From a bacterium (GTDB lineage Bacteria; Patescibacteriota; Minisyncoccia; UBA6257; GWB1-50-10), in contig JAKALF010000001.1 of assembly GCA_021813265.1 (NCBI GenBank), positions 2,548 through 66,547 on the forward strand: a stretch of DNA of 64,000 bases, written 5' to 3'. The notes beneath the pieces were generated by a model. The model was given only the letters and a program-made list of their open reading frames with translations, made no database searches and had not been told where the DNA came from. The first letter of the stretch is position 1; every line of letters begins with the position of its first letter. This document shows, piece after piece, positions 9,490 through 17,709 of the stretch. Both the position numbers and the translations under genes were made by a program.

Positions 9490-9563
9490 GCGGGTATGGT
9501 ATAACGGTATTATGTCACCCTTCCAAGGTGAAGACACGGGTCCGACTCCCGTTACCCGCTCCA
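9490..9563 (+). tRNA. tRNA-Gly(UCC)
   Basis: GCGGGTA/TACCCGC acceptor stem; TCACC-CTTCCAA-GGTGA; CCA encoded; T-loop TCCGACT. Confidence 0.93.
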
Positions 9564-9684
9564 AGATTTCACTTTCGGATTTTTCACCGAGCATTTGGTG
9601 AGTAATGCTTATTACCTCCCGCACGAAATGAGAAAAACACATCTTTAAGTTCGGTCTCCAAGGAATATTTTTTGTGAATCGGCT

Positions 9685-9933
9685 TTAGTGTCCGCCTTCG
9701 AGTTTTGCCACCCGTACCTCAAGTCTCCTCACTTGACCGGCGAGGACCTCCATTTCTTGCTTAGAATCTTCATACAAAGAAATGAACTTATCCAATTTCG
9801 AGAATAATTCATTGGAGTTTGTTTTCATTTCCTTGACGTCGGTTTCTAACCCATCCAGCCGTTTATTCAATCCAAGAAATTCACCTTGCATTAATCGAGC
9901 TAGATCGCTGATTGTCATCTTATCATCGTTCAT
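9685..9933 (-). CDS. Small coiled-coil hypothetical protein
   Basis: Heptad pattern LNKRLDGLETDVKEMK...VRRLEVRVAKLE. Confidence 0.7.
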   Translation of the reverse strand: MNDDKMTISDLARLMQGEFLGLNKRLDGLETDVKEMKTNSNELFSKLDKFISLYEDSKQEMEVLAGQVRRLEVRVAKLEGGH

Positions 9934-10082
9934 AACATTACCCATTATATCACAACCGGGCGAGGGTCAATGCCTCATTGTTTTTCATAAAAAAGTTGCC
10001 GAATTCTCTCTTACTGGTAGCTCATAATTCAGTTGCTGTAGTCCCAAGTTATATAAGGTAGTGGATTCTTTCACAATCTAAC

Positions 10083-10571
10083 CTACCGCTCCACTACAAT
10101 AGTGCCAATATCTCCTGGAGTAAGGTGATTATGATATTTCCACGTTCCGACTTTAGTAAATGTAAAACTCCATGAATTGCCAGGCTGAATGCCGACGCAA
10201 GCGTCAAACGCGATTCCTTTGGTATCGGGACAATGGCTATCAATAGAGGTCCCACTGTAAACAATATGACTCGGATGAACGGCTGAAGCGGTCCACATGC
10301 CCTGCGAACTCATGTTTTTGAAGCTGACCGTCGTTCCAACTTTTATCCTCAACACGCTTGGAGAATATCCAGAATCCGTGTATGTAACGATATATTGTTG
10401 TGTTTGAGGGGTTACTTGAGTAATGGGTGTTTGAGTAGCGGGAGATTCGGTAACTTGTTGCTTGCTAGGCGTCAAAGGAGTGGATGATGGCTGAGAGGAT
10501 TCTCCGAAAAGAAGATACCCGGCCAATACAATGATAGCGATAACAATAATGAAAATGACAGTTTTGTTCAT
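10083..10571 (-). CDS. Cupredoxin/plastocyanin-like secreted protein
   Basis: TM anchor, P/T-rich linker, YSPSVLRIKVGTTVSF.N and FTFTKVGTWKYHNHL. Confidence 0.8.
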   Translation of the reverse strand: MNKTVIFIIVIAIIVLAGYLLFGESSQPSSTPLTPSKQQVTESPATQTPITQVTPQTQQYIVTYTDSGYSPSVLRIKVGTTVSFKNMSSQGMWTASAVHPSHIVYSGTSIDSHCPDTKGIAFDACVGIQPGNSWSFTFTKVGTWKYHNHLTPGDIGTIVVER

Positions 10572-10590
10572 AATGCTTTAATAATTATAT

Positions 10591-10986
10591 TTAAGGTGTT
10601 TCCGAAGATCGACCTTGATCATTCTGATCCCCCGGTTTTCTAAAGGGATTAATATCAATAAAGAGAGCTATGGTAGCCGCCAAAATAGCGATATCTCTTA
10701 CGGTTATATCCGTAATACCGCTTACAATTAAAATGCCTATAAGATGAACCCCCCCTATCAAAGCCGCGAGCCATACAAGAGGATTAATGAAAAATGAGAC
10801 GCCAATAGCGATATCCAAAAGAGCCGTCCCAAACATAATCTGGCCTAAGGGTATAGGCAAAATACGAAGAACCCAGGGTTCAAGATATCCTCCCCAAGCT
10901 TCAGGTTGCTTCAAAATCAACACGCCAATCCAAATAAACGTTACGGCAAGCCCGATCCTTAAAACGTAAGATGAGGTTTTTTTCAT
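10591..10986 (-). CDS. DoxX-family membrane protein
   Basis: LRIGLAVTFIWIG...VRDIAILA; 4 TM segments. Confidence 0.7.
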   Translation of the reverse strand: MKKTSSYVLRIGLAVTFIWIGVLILKQPEAWGGYLEPWVLRILPIPLGQIMFGTALLDIAIGVSFFINPLVWLAALIGGVHLIGILIVSGITDITVRDIAILAATIALFIDINPFRKPGDQNDQGRSSETP

Positions 10987-11130
10987 ACTATATAGTATAA
11001 CTCCCTAAATCTAATACGTGTATCCCCCTATTCCTCTTTAGAAATTTTTGATACAGTAAGTCCACGTTCGCTCATAACTTATCGTTACAGAGCGTTACGA
11101 AACAAAAACCCTTCTATATCGTTTTATATT

Positions 11131-11664
11131 ATGAAAGACGAAGAACTGCTCATTCAAAAGGCGAAAAAAGGAGAACGAGAGGCTTTTGGTACGCTATACG
11201 ACCACTATATGCCCAATATATACCGATTCATCTTTTTCAAGATAGGAACCAAGCATGAAGCCGAAGACCTCACTCACCAGGTATTTTCCCAAGCGTGGGA
11301 AAACATGGAACGATACGAGCCTCGGGGATTTCCCCTTTCAAGCTGGCTATATCGAATAGCGTCCAATACCGTTATTGACTATTATCGAACATTCAAAAAC
11401 AATCTACAGATAGAAAATATTCCTGAAGAAACCTTCGCGCATGATCCATCATTTGAAAAAGATTTTGACGACAGATTGAGCATTGAACGGATACGAAAGG
11501 CTCTTAAAACCCTGGAGAGTGATCAGCAAAACGTCATCATTATGAAATTCGTCGATCAGCTTTCTAACAAAGAAATCGCGAAAGCGCTTGAAAAAACCGA
11601 GGGAGCGATACGCGTAATACAACACAGAGCCTTAAAACAACTAAAAAACCTTCTCAATGGATAA
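11131..11664 (+). CDS. ECF sigma-70 factor
   Basis: AEDLTHQVF and SWLYRIA.N..IDYYR (region 2); region 4 HTH. Confidence 0.93.
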   Translation: MKDEELLIQKAKKGEREAFGTLYDHYMPNIYRFIFFKIGTKHEAEDLTHQVFSQAWENMERYEPRGFPLSSWLYRIASNTVIDYYRTFKNNLQIENIPEETFAHDPSFEKDFDDRLSIERIRKALKTLESDQQNVIIMKFVDQLSNKEIAKALEKTEGAIRVIQHRALKQLKNLLNG

Positions 11665-12112
11665 AACATTACTAACACAACTTAACATGTTAAAGACCGT
11701 GGAACCCGACAAAGGGTTCGCGCGTCGTACAAGAAAAAAGATCCTTGCTCAAAAAGGAGGCGTGTTCTCGATGCCTTTTCCCCGCGTTATTATCGCCGGA
11801 TCATTAAGTTTCGCGCTTCTTTTTCTTGCTCTTATTGTCCCCGCGATCATTCCGGGCCCCAGGGTTCCCGCGGCGCTTTCAGCCGACGCTATCAATAAAG
11901 AATATGACAATCTTAGCATCAACATACAGCTTAAAAACCTTACCTACGATCAATCGGCCGAACAAACCATAAACTCGGCTATTAACGAGGTGGCAACGTC
12001 CAAAGGAAAACATCTCAATACCAACGTGTTGAAGTCGGAAAGCGCCGATGTCCAAAATTCAACGAGTACCGAAATGGACGTGGACGCGATGCTTAATAAA
12101 GTAATTAATTAA
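11657..12112 (+). CDS. Putative anti-sigma factor (single TM)
   Basis: Overlaps the ECF stop; one TM segment. Confidence 0.6.
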   Translation: MDKTLLTQLNMLKTVEPDKGFARRTRKKILAQKGGVFSMPFPRVIIAGSLSFALLFLALIVPAIIPGPRVPAALSADAINKEYDNLSINIQLKNLTYDQSAEQTINSAINEVATSKGKHLNTNVLKSESADVQNSTSTEMDVDAMLNKVIN

Positions 12113-12116
12113 TCAT

Positions 12117-12971
12117 ATGAAACGTGTCGTAATCACAATAGGACTTTGCGCGAGCGTGCTCGCGTTCCCCGCGACATACGCGTTTGCGGAAAGCGGCCCC
12201 TCCCCTATCCAAAAAGTCCTAGAAAACGTAAAAGATACGGTAGACAATCTCGTAACCGCGAAAGACGAGAATAGCGCTCAAGAACTAAGCTTTCGCGTGC
12301 AAACCTTCAAAAAAGTTCTTGATTACGTTATGACGGAAGCGCGCGACACGCGAGTAAAGCTTTTCTTGGTGGAAGATTTTTCTAACAAAGATCTTATTAA
12401 CTGGAGGAATGAGAAAGTAAGCGTACTTGCTAACGCCATCAAATACTATGAATCAGAACAAAAACTCCTTGAAACGAAGGAAAAGTCCATGACTATTAAG
12501 GACATAAAATCATTCGCGAAAGATTTTAAGGAAGAACGAGACCTCGTCTACGCGCAACCCACGGAAGAAGCGAAAGAATTTCTCCTCGTAAACCAAGAAC
12601 GATCCTCTGTCGATATCGCGAAAACAAGGTTTGGGAAAATCGCGGACGACGTGCGAACGCTAAATTCAAGCAAATTAAACGCCTTGCTTCAGAAAGCGGA
12701 GATATTCGTAAATGATGCCGAGACTCTAAATGGCAAGGCGTACGATCTTTTCTGGAATACATACATAAATCCTAAAAAAGTAGTTCTAGAAAACCCGACG
12801 ATATCAACCAGCACGGCAACGAGCACCAATCAAGCGGCCGACAAGGGAACCGGCTCGGAAGAGCCTAAACAATCGTCAATAAAAGATTTGGTAAAAAGTT
12901 CTTTATTAAACATAAAGAACGCCTATCAAACCTTTATTGAAATGAGTTCTTTGGTGAGGAAAGGACTCTAA
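12117..12971 (+). CDS. Secreted helical hypothetical protein
   Basis: Signal peptide ending AFA; third gene of the ECF operon. Confidence 0.75.
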   Translation: MKRVVITIGLCASVLAFPATYAFAESGPSPIQKVLENVKDTVDNLVTAKDENSAQELSFRVQTFKKVLDYVMTEARDTRVKLFLVEDFSNKDLINWRNEKVSVLANAIKYYESEQKLLETKEKSMTIKDIKSFAKDFKEERDLVYAQPTEEAKEFLLVNQERSSVDIAKTRFGKIADDVRTLNSSKLNALLQKAEIFVNDAETLNGKAYDLFWNTYINPKKVVLENPTISTSTATSTNQAADKGTGSEEPKQSSIKDLVKSSLLNIKNAYQTFIEMSSLVRKGL

Positions 12972-12974
12972 AGT

Positions 12975-12999
12975 AAAAACCCCCGAAATGGGGGTTTTT
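12975..12999. terminator. Bidirectional intrinsic terminator
   Basis: AAAAACCCCC-gaaat-GGGGGTTTTT. Confidence 0.8.
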
Positions 13000-13014
13000 A
13001 CTTTACTCGACAAG

Positions 13015-13290
13015 CTAATTTACAGCTTCCTTCAAAAGTTTTCCCGCTCTGAATTTTGGTTTGATAGAAGCCTTGATTTGAATCTTCTCTCCCGTCTTTG
13101 GGTTTATCCCCATGCGAGCCGCGCGCTTCGCAACCTTGAAGGTTCCAAAACCGCTGATCGCGACCTCTTCTCCGTGGCTCATGGCTTTCACGATGGTGTC
13201 AAAGACAGTTTCAACGACCTGCTGAGCCTGCTTTTTAGTCTCGATACCCGCGGCATTCATAACCGCGTCAACTAATCCGTCTTTTTTCAT
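13015..13290 (-). CDS. hup: DNA-binding protein HU
   Basis: ISGFGTFKVAKRAARMGINPKTGEKIQI..PKFRAGK. Confidence 0.97.
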   Translation of the reverse strand: MKKDGLVDAVMNAAGIETKKQAQQVVETVFDTIVKAMSHGEEVAISGFGTFKVAKRAARMGINPKTGEKIQIKASIKPKFRAGKLLKEAVN

Positions 13291-13371
13291 AAATATATAT
13301 AATGGGTTTTAAAAAGATCGACCTTTACTCTTGGACTAGGGTAGTATAGCAAATAGCAAGGGGAAATGCCA

Positions 13372-14892
13372 CTATTTCGCGTATTCCACCGCTTTTACCT
13401 CTCGTATCACGACTACCTTGATTTCTCCGGGATATTGGACGTCGGATTGAATCTTTCCCGCTATCTGTTTCGCGATTTCAAAAGCTCCAAAGTCGTCAAT
13501 CTTCTCGGGAACGACAAAAACCCTAACTTCCCTTCCCGCGGAAACGGCGTACGCTTGCTTTACCCCTTCAAAACTCTTAGTAACGTTTTCAATGTCTTCC
13601 AAGCGTTTGATATATTTTTCAAGCGTGTCTCTTCGGGCTCCAGGACGAGCCGCGGAAATAGCATCGGCCGCCGCGACAACATACGCTTCGGGAATGGAAT
13701 ACGGATATTCGTCATGGTGAGATTCCATGGCTTTGATAACCTGATCATCAATGCCGTATTTTTTAAGAAGCTTTCTCCCTAATTCAACATGGGTTCCTTC
13801 GACTTCATGGTCAATAGCTTTCCCAATATCATGGAGAAGCGCTCCTTTTTTCGTGACTAAAACATTTAAATGGAGTTCGGAAGCGATCATGCCGGCGATG
13901 TGCGTCATTTCGATGGAGTGCTGGAGCACGTTTTGGCCATAGCTTGTGCGATAGTTGAGACGCCCTAAAATCTGGGTGATTTCTTTAGGAAGATCCAGGA
14001 TACCGACTTCATAGGCCGCGTCTTCTCCGACTTTCCTCATATGAGCTTCAAGCTCGTTGCGGGTTTGCTCGACAATCTCTTCAATCTTTGCCGGTTGAAT
14101 TCTTCCGTCCTTGATGAGTTTTTCTAAAGAAAGTTTCGCGAGTTCTCTTCGAAGCGGATCAAAGGAGGAAATAAGGATGCTTTCGGGGGTTTCGTCAACG
14201 ATGACTTCAACGCCCGTCGCGCGTTCAAACGCCCTCACGTTTCTTCCTTCTCTTCCGATAATCTTGCCTTTGATGTCCTCGTTCGAAAGCTGAACGACGC
14301 TTGTCGTCACGTCCGCGATCTTCTCCCGTGCGTACCGTTGAATGGCGGTTGTAATAATTTCAGAGGCTTTCCGTTCAATTTCACCTTCCTTTTCGCGCTC
14401 AAGACGAGCGAGAAGTTTCGCGAGTTCTTCGCGGTTGGCGTCCTCAAATTGTTTGAATATTTTTTTACGAGCCTCCTCTTCCGTAACGCCGGAGATTTTT
14501 TCAAGTTCGGATAGGGCTTTTTCTTTGAGATTTTGAATTTCTTTCTCGGACTCCTTAATCCGCTCGGCCTCGCTTTTCAGTTTTGTCGATTCCTCGGAAA
14601 GCTTGGATTTTTCAACATCCAGCGCGTCTTCCTTTTTAAGAAGACGCTCTTCAAGAAAACGGAGTTCCCGTTTTCGTTCCCTCTCTTCTTTCTGAAGATC
14701 GACAAGGATGGACGCCGCCTTGTCTTTGGCGCTTACGACGATCTCTTTAGCCTCGGCTCTGGCCTTTTCGAGTTCCTCTTTGATTGTTTGTTCGGACGAT
14801 TTTCGGGAACGTTGGGCGATGAGAAGTCTTGCTCCATACCCTATGGCTAGAGCAAGAACAGCCAACCCCCAAAACAACGGGTTTGTAATCAT
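13372..14892 (-). CDS. rny: Ribonuclease Y
   Basis: TM, coiled coil, KH (KGKIIGREGRNVR), HD (LLHDIGK). Confidence 0.97.
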   Translation of the reverse strand: MITNPLFWGLAVLALAIGYGARLLIAQRSRKSSEQTIKEELEKARAEAKEIVVSAKDKAASILVDLQKEERERKRELRFLEERLLKKEDALDVEKSKLSEESTKLKSEAERIKESEKEIQNLKEKALSELEKISGVTEEEARKKIFKQFEDANREELAKLLARLEREKEGEIERKASEIITTAIQRYAREKIADVTTSVVQLSNEDIKGKIIGREGRNVRAFERATGVEVIVDETPESILISSFDPLRRELAKLSLEKLIKDGRIQPAKIEEIVEQTRNELEAHMRKVGEDAAYEVGILDLPKEITQILGRLNYRTSYGQNVLQHSIEMTHIAGMIASELHLNVLVTKKGALLHDIGKAIDHEVEGTHVELGRKLLKKYGIDDQVIKAMESHHDEYPYSIPEAYVVAAADAISAARPGARRDTLEKYIKRLEDIENVTKSFEGVKQAYAVSAGREVRVFVVPEKIDDFGAFEIAKQIAGKIQSDVQYPGEIKVVVIREVKAVEYAK

Positions 14893-14992
14893 GATTATAT
14901 GCTATTGATTTATATATCGACATGTATATGGTTTTAGTATACCACTTGAAGGAACGAGAAAGCAACGATTGTGATACAATATACAAGAAAAT

Positions 14993-15904
14993 ATGCCTAA
15001 TGAAAGAAAAACAAGGGTTCTGCTTGTGATTTTAGACGGTTGGGGAATAGGAAACGATGATGAGAGCAATCCCATCCATTTCGCGAATCCTCAAACCCTT
15101 GGGTATATACAAAAAACCTTTCCCTCGGGAATGCTCCAAGCCTCGGGAGTCGCGATCGGTCTTTCATGGGAAGAATCGAGTTCAAGCGAGTTGGGCCATC
15201 TTGTGATGGGATCGGGACGCGCCCTCCACGCGTACGCGAAAGAAATTTTCTCAAAAACTTCTCCTATCTCAGAAACCCTTGGGGAGATTCTTTCTCAACA
15301 TAACAAAGTTCAAATGCGTATAGCGGAAGAAGCGAGGTATGAACATATTACGTACTTCTTTAATGGATTAAGAAACGATCCCTTTCCTAATGAGTATCGG
15401 GTACGGATCCCGTCGGAAAAAACCCTTCACCCCGAAACGCATCCCGAAATGATGGCCTCTGCCGTAACGGATCGGGTTATAATAAGTCTCAAGGAAAAGG
15501 CGTTTGATTTTATCGCCATAACCTACGCGAATCCCGATGTTATCGCCTTTACGGGAAACTATGAGGCGACCATAAAGACGGTTCAAACGATTGACGGAGA
15601 GTTAAAAAGACTAATGGATACCGTCTTAGAAGAAAGCATCCTTATGATTATAACCTCAAGCCATGGAAACGCCGAGGCGGTTTTAAATCTCAAAACGGGA
15701 GAGACGGAAAAGACTAACGATCCCAATCCCGTTCCCCTCTATCTTGTGGGAAATGAATATATCCTAAAAAACCCCCACCCCGACATCTATCACCTTCCTC
15801 CGCTCGGAATCATATCCGACATAGCTCCGACTATTTTAGATCTCATGGGAATCAAAAAACCCAAAAGCATGACGGGAGAGAGTTTGTTATCTCAGTTGAA
15901 ATAG
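14993..15904 (+). CDS. Shortened BPG-independent phosphoglycerate mutase paralog (probable pseudoenzyme)
   Basis: ILDGWG, ASG.AIGL, HITYFFNG and HPEMMA motifs; 303 aa with the central domain missing and metal ligands substituted. Confidence 0.75.
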   Translation: MPNERKTRVLLVILDGWGIGNDDESNPIHFANPQTLGYIQKTFPSGMLQASGVAIGLSWEESSSSELGHLVMGSGRALHAYAKEIFSKTSPISETLGEILSQHNKVQMRIAEEARYEHITYFFNGLRNDPFPNEYRVRIPSEKTLHPETHPEMMASAVTDRVIISLKEKAFDFIAITYANPDVIAFTGNYEATIKTVQTIDGELKRLMDTVLEESILMIITSSHGNAEAVLNLKTGETEKTNDPNPVPLYLVGNEYILKNPHPDIYHLPPLGIISDIAPTILDLMGIKKPKSMTGESLLSQLK

Positions 15905-16846
15905 CTTGTCTTCCAATTTTCTTGTGTTTCCGTGACACAAAAGGCCTCTGTATGAATTGAGTGTTTCTTGCGTCGCGCGGGTTTTAACACGATTGAACAT
16001 TCTCCGCTTTGTCGCGGTTCGCAGTACCCGATGATCGGGGAAATGGACCCAACCCAGGAAATCAACGCCGGAGCCGAGGGGTTTTACAAAAACCTTATGG
16101 CTGTGTAGATGAAGATTGAGACTTTCTTTTAAGAATAAATCTATTTGGGGAATACGTGACCACGCGCGTTTTTTGTCTCCAGAAAAAATCACGAAATCAT
16201 CCGCGTAACAGATATAGTACGGTTCTCTCAATGCGTGTTTTATAAACCTATCAAATCTATCCATATACACATTCGCGAAAAGCTGGCTCGTGAGATTTCC
16301 AAGCGGCAACCCCTTCCCCGGAGTTGCGTGAAAACTCTCAATAATGCTTCTGCAAAGCCAAAGCGTTTTTGTATCAACTCGCTTTTCTAATATTGAAAGA
16401 AGGATTTCGTGATCAATGCTCGCGAAGAACTTTTATATGTCGCATTTTAGTATCCAACACTGTTTTGTGTTGTTTTTGCTTACTCTGTACGCGAAGGCGC
16501 GGAAACGATCTAACGCCTTACGCATCCCCTTGTTGTTTCTGCACGAAAATGAATCGGAAATGAATTTCTTGTCGAAACAAGGATAAAGCACGCGATACAT
16601 TGCGTGATGCAGGAGACGGTCTCGAACGCGCGCTTTATGAATGTTTCTCGGTTTCGGATCGGAAATATTAAAAGCAACATAACCTCCGTGGCGGTAGGCG
16701 CGGTTTACAAGCTCGCGGTGGAGTGAGAAAACATGATCCATAAGGTGAAGCGAAAATTCCCGCACGTCCGGTTTGCCCCTCTTACCGTTCAGAAACTCCC
16801 GCCACGCTTCAAGTAGATTTTCAACGGAAATAATTTGTTCAAACAT
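15887..16846 (-). pseudogene. DGR reverse transcriptase interrupted by one in-frame TAA (16435-16433)
   Basis: DPKPRNI..A.VRDRLLH, LKCDI*KFFASIDH, GLPLGNLTSQLFAN, YADD, GVDFLGW; both ORF-track pieces are in the same frame and the gap is open. Confidence 0.92.
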
Positions 16847-17260
16847 ACGTTATGGAATCAAATAAAACCTTTAACCCCCCCCCGACGGAATGACCTGCCG
16901 GTAATTCGGAAATTGATTGACGTTTACAAACTCTGGCATGAATTCGTACCGCACATTCCGAAGACCTCGCGATATACGTTGGGAGGGAAGATTGACTCAT
17001 TATTTTTGGACGTGATTGAATTGATATTTGCCGCGTCCTACGACACAATGTCCGAAAAAATCGCAAGACTAACTAACGCGAACGCAAAACTCGGAACACT
17101 CAAATTTTTTCTCCAGATCGGCTGGGAAATAAAGATGATGGATACGAAAAGATACATCGTTCTATCAGAAAAACTTGATGAAATTGGACGAATATTGGGA
17201 GGATGGAAACGCGGTATAGAAACAAAACTCCCCGCAGGAAAGCAAGGAGAACGGGGGTAA
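16835..17260 (+). CDS. avd: Avd-like four-helix-bundle accessory protein
   Basis: IPKTSRYTLGGKID...LDEIGRILGGW; located between RT and the repeat; start uncertain (TTG 16835, or ATG 16852 via a C-tract shift). Confidence 0.85.
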   Translation: MFKHTLWNQIKPLTPPRRNDLPVIRKLIDVYKLWHEFVPHIPKTSRYTLGGKIDSLFLDVIELIFAASYDTMSEKIARLTNANAKLGTLKFFLQIGWEIKMMDTKRYIVLSEKLDEIGRILGGWKRGIETKLPAGKQGERG

Positions 17261-17373
17261 GCTGCGAGAAAAAACGCGGCCGCCTTCGTTCCAGAAGACG
17301 TCACGAAGACCATACGCACCCAAGTACCACCCGCGATCGTCACCATCCCAGTACGCGTGCACGGCCACCACGC
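17260..17373 (-). repeat. DGR repeat in the template-repeat position (adenine-depleted, VR-like)
   Basis: Ungapped alignment to 17712-17825, 94/114 identical; flanks are not homologous to the target gene. Confidence 0.9.
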
Positions 17374-17605
17374 TCAATATATGCGCGACGCGCCATCTAA
17401 ACCACCGCGTCTTGAACATTCTCGACGCTGTATCGTATGCCGAGGATAAAACCTCGAGAGCGCGTTGCACCAGCTGACCTTTTGTTTTTTAAGCGTTTTC
17501 TCGCGCTCCTCCGTAAAACATATCCGACGGAGTTCCCGCTTGAAAACCGCTTGAAACTTTCCCGCCGAAACCATAGCCGCGGCGAAAACGAAAATTTCAA
17601 AGTTT

Positions 17606-17633
17606 AGTATACAAAAAAATCCCTCTTTCTCAA
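17606..17633 (-). promoter_or_regulatory. Putative sigma-70 promoter for the TR-RT transcript
   Basis: TTGAGA(17633-17628)-16 nt-TATACT(17611-17606). Confidence 0.55.
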
Positions 17634-17660
17634 AGGATAAACATAAAAGAGAAAGAGGGA
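17613..17660 (-). terminator. Hairpin downstream of VR (terminator and/or homing hairpin)
   Basis: 12-bp perfect stem TCCCTCTTTCTC/GAGAAAGAGGGA, 17-nt loop, followed by T7 on the minus strand. Confidence 0.7.
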
Positions 17661-17709
17661 GAATGAAAAGGAAGAAGAGGGAAAAAGAAGAAAGGAAAAA
17701 AGGGGAAGG

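Noticed and set aside
16433-16435. Stop-codon reassignment (code 25) explaining the RT stop
   Set aside because: The stop is TAA, and both TAA and TGA terminate conserved genes in this window
15887-16846. RT as a group II intron, retron or two separate genes
   Set aside because: GNLTSQ motif, short length, Avd-like neighbour and repeat pair indicate a DGR; both fragments share one frame
17260-17373. Canonical TR read on the opposite strand, or TR/VR roles swapped
   Set aside because: No orientation makes the mismatches adenine-specific (6, 5 or fewer of 20)
17165-17470. 101-aa minus-strand ORF as a real second target gene
   Set aside because: No SD, no similarity to the target upstream of the repeat, no stop after SRS, and it runs antisense into avd; not fully excluded
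17536-17557. CCGCTTGAAA direct repeat as CRISPR or iteron
   Set aside because: Only two adjacent copies; no array or cas genes seen in the window
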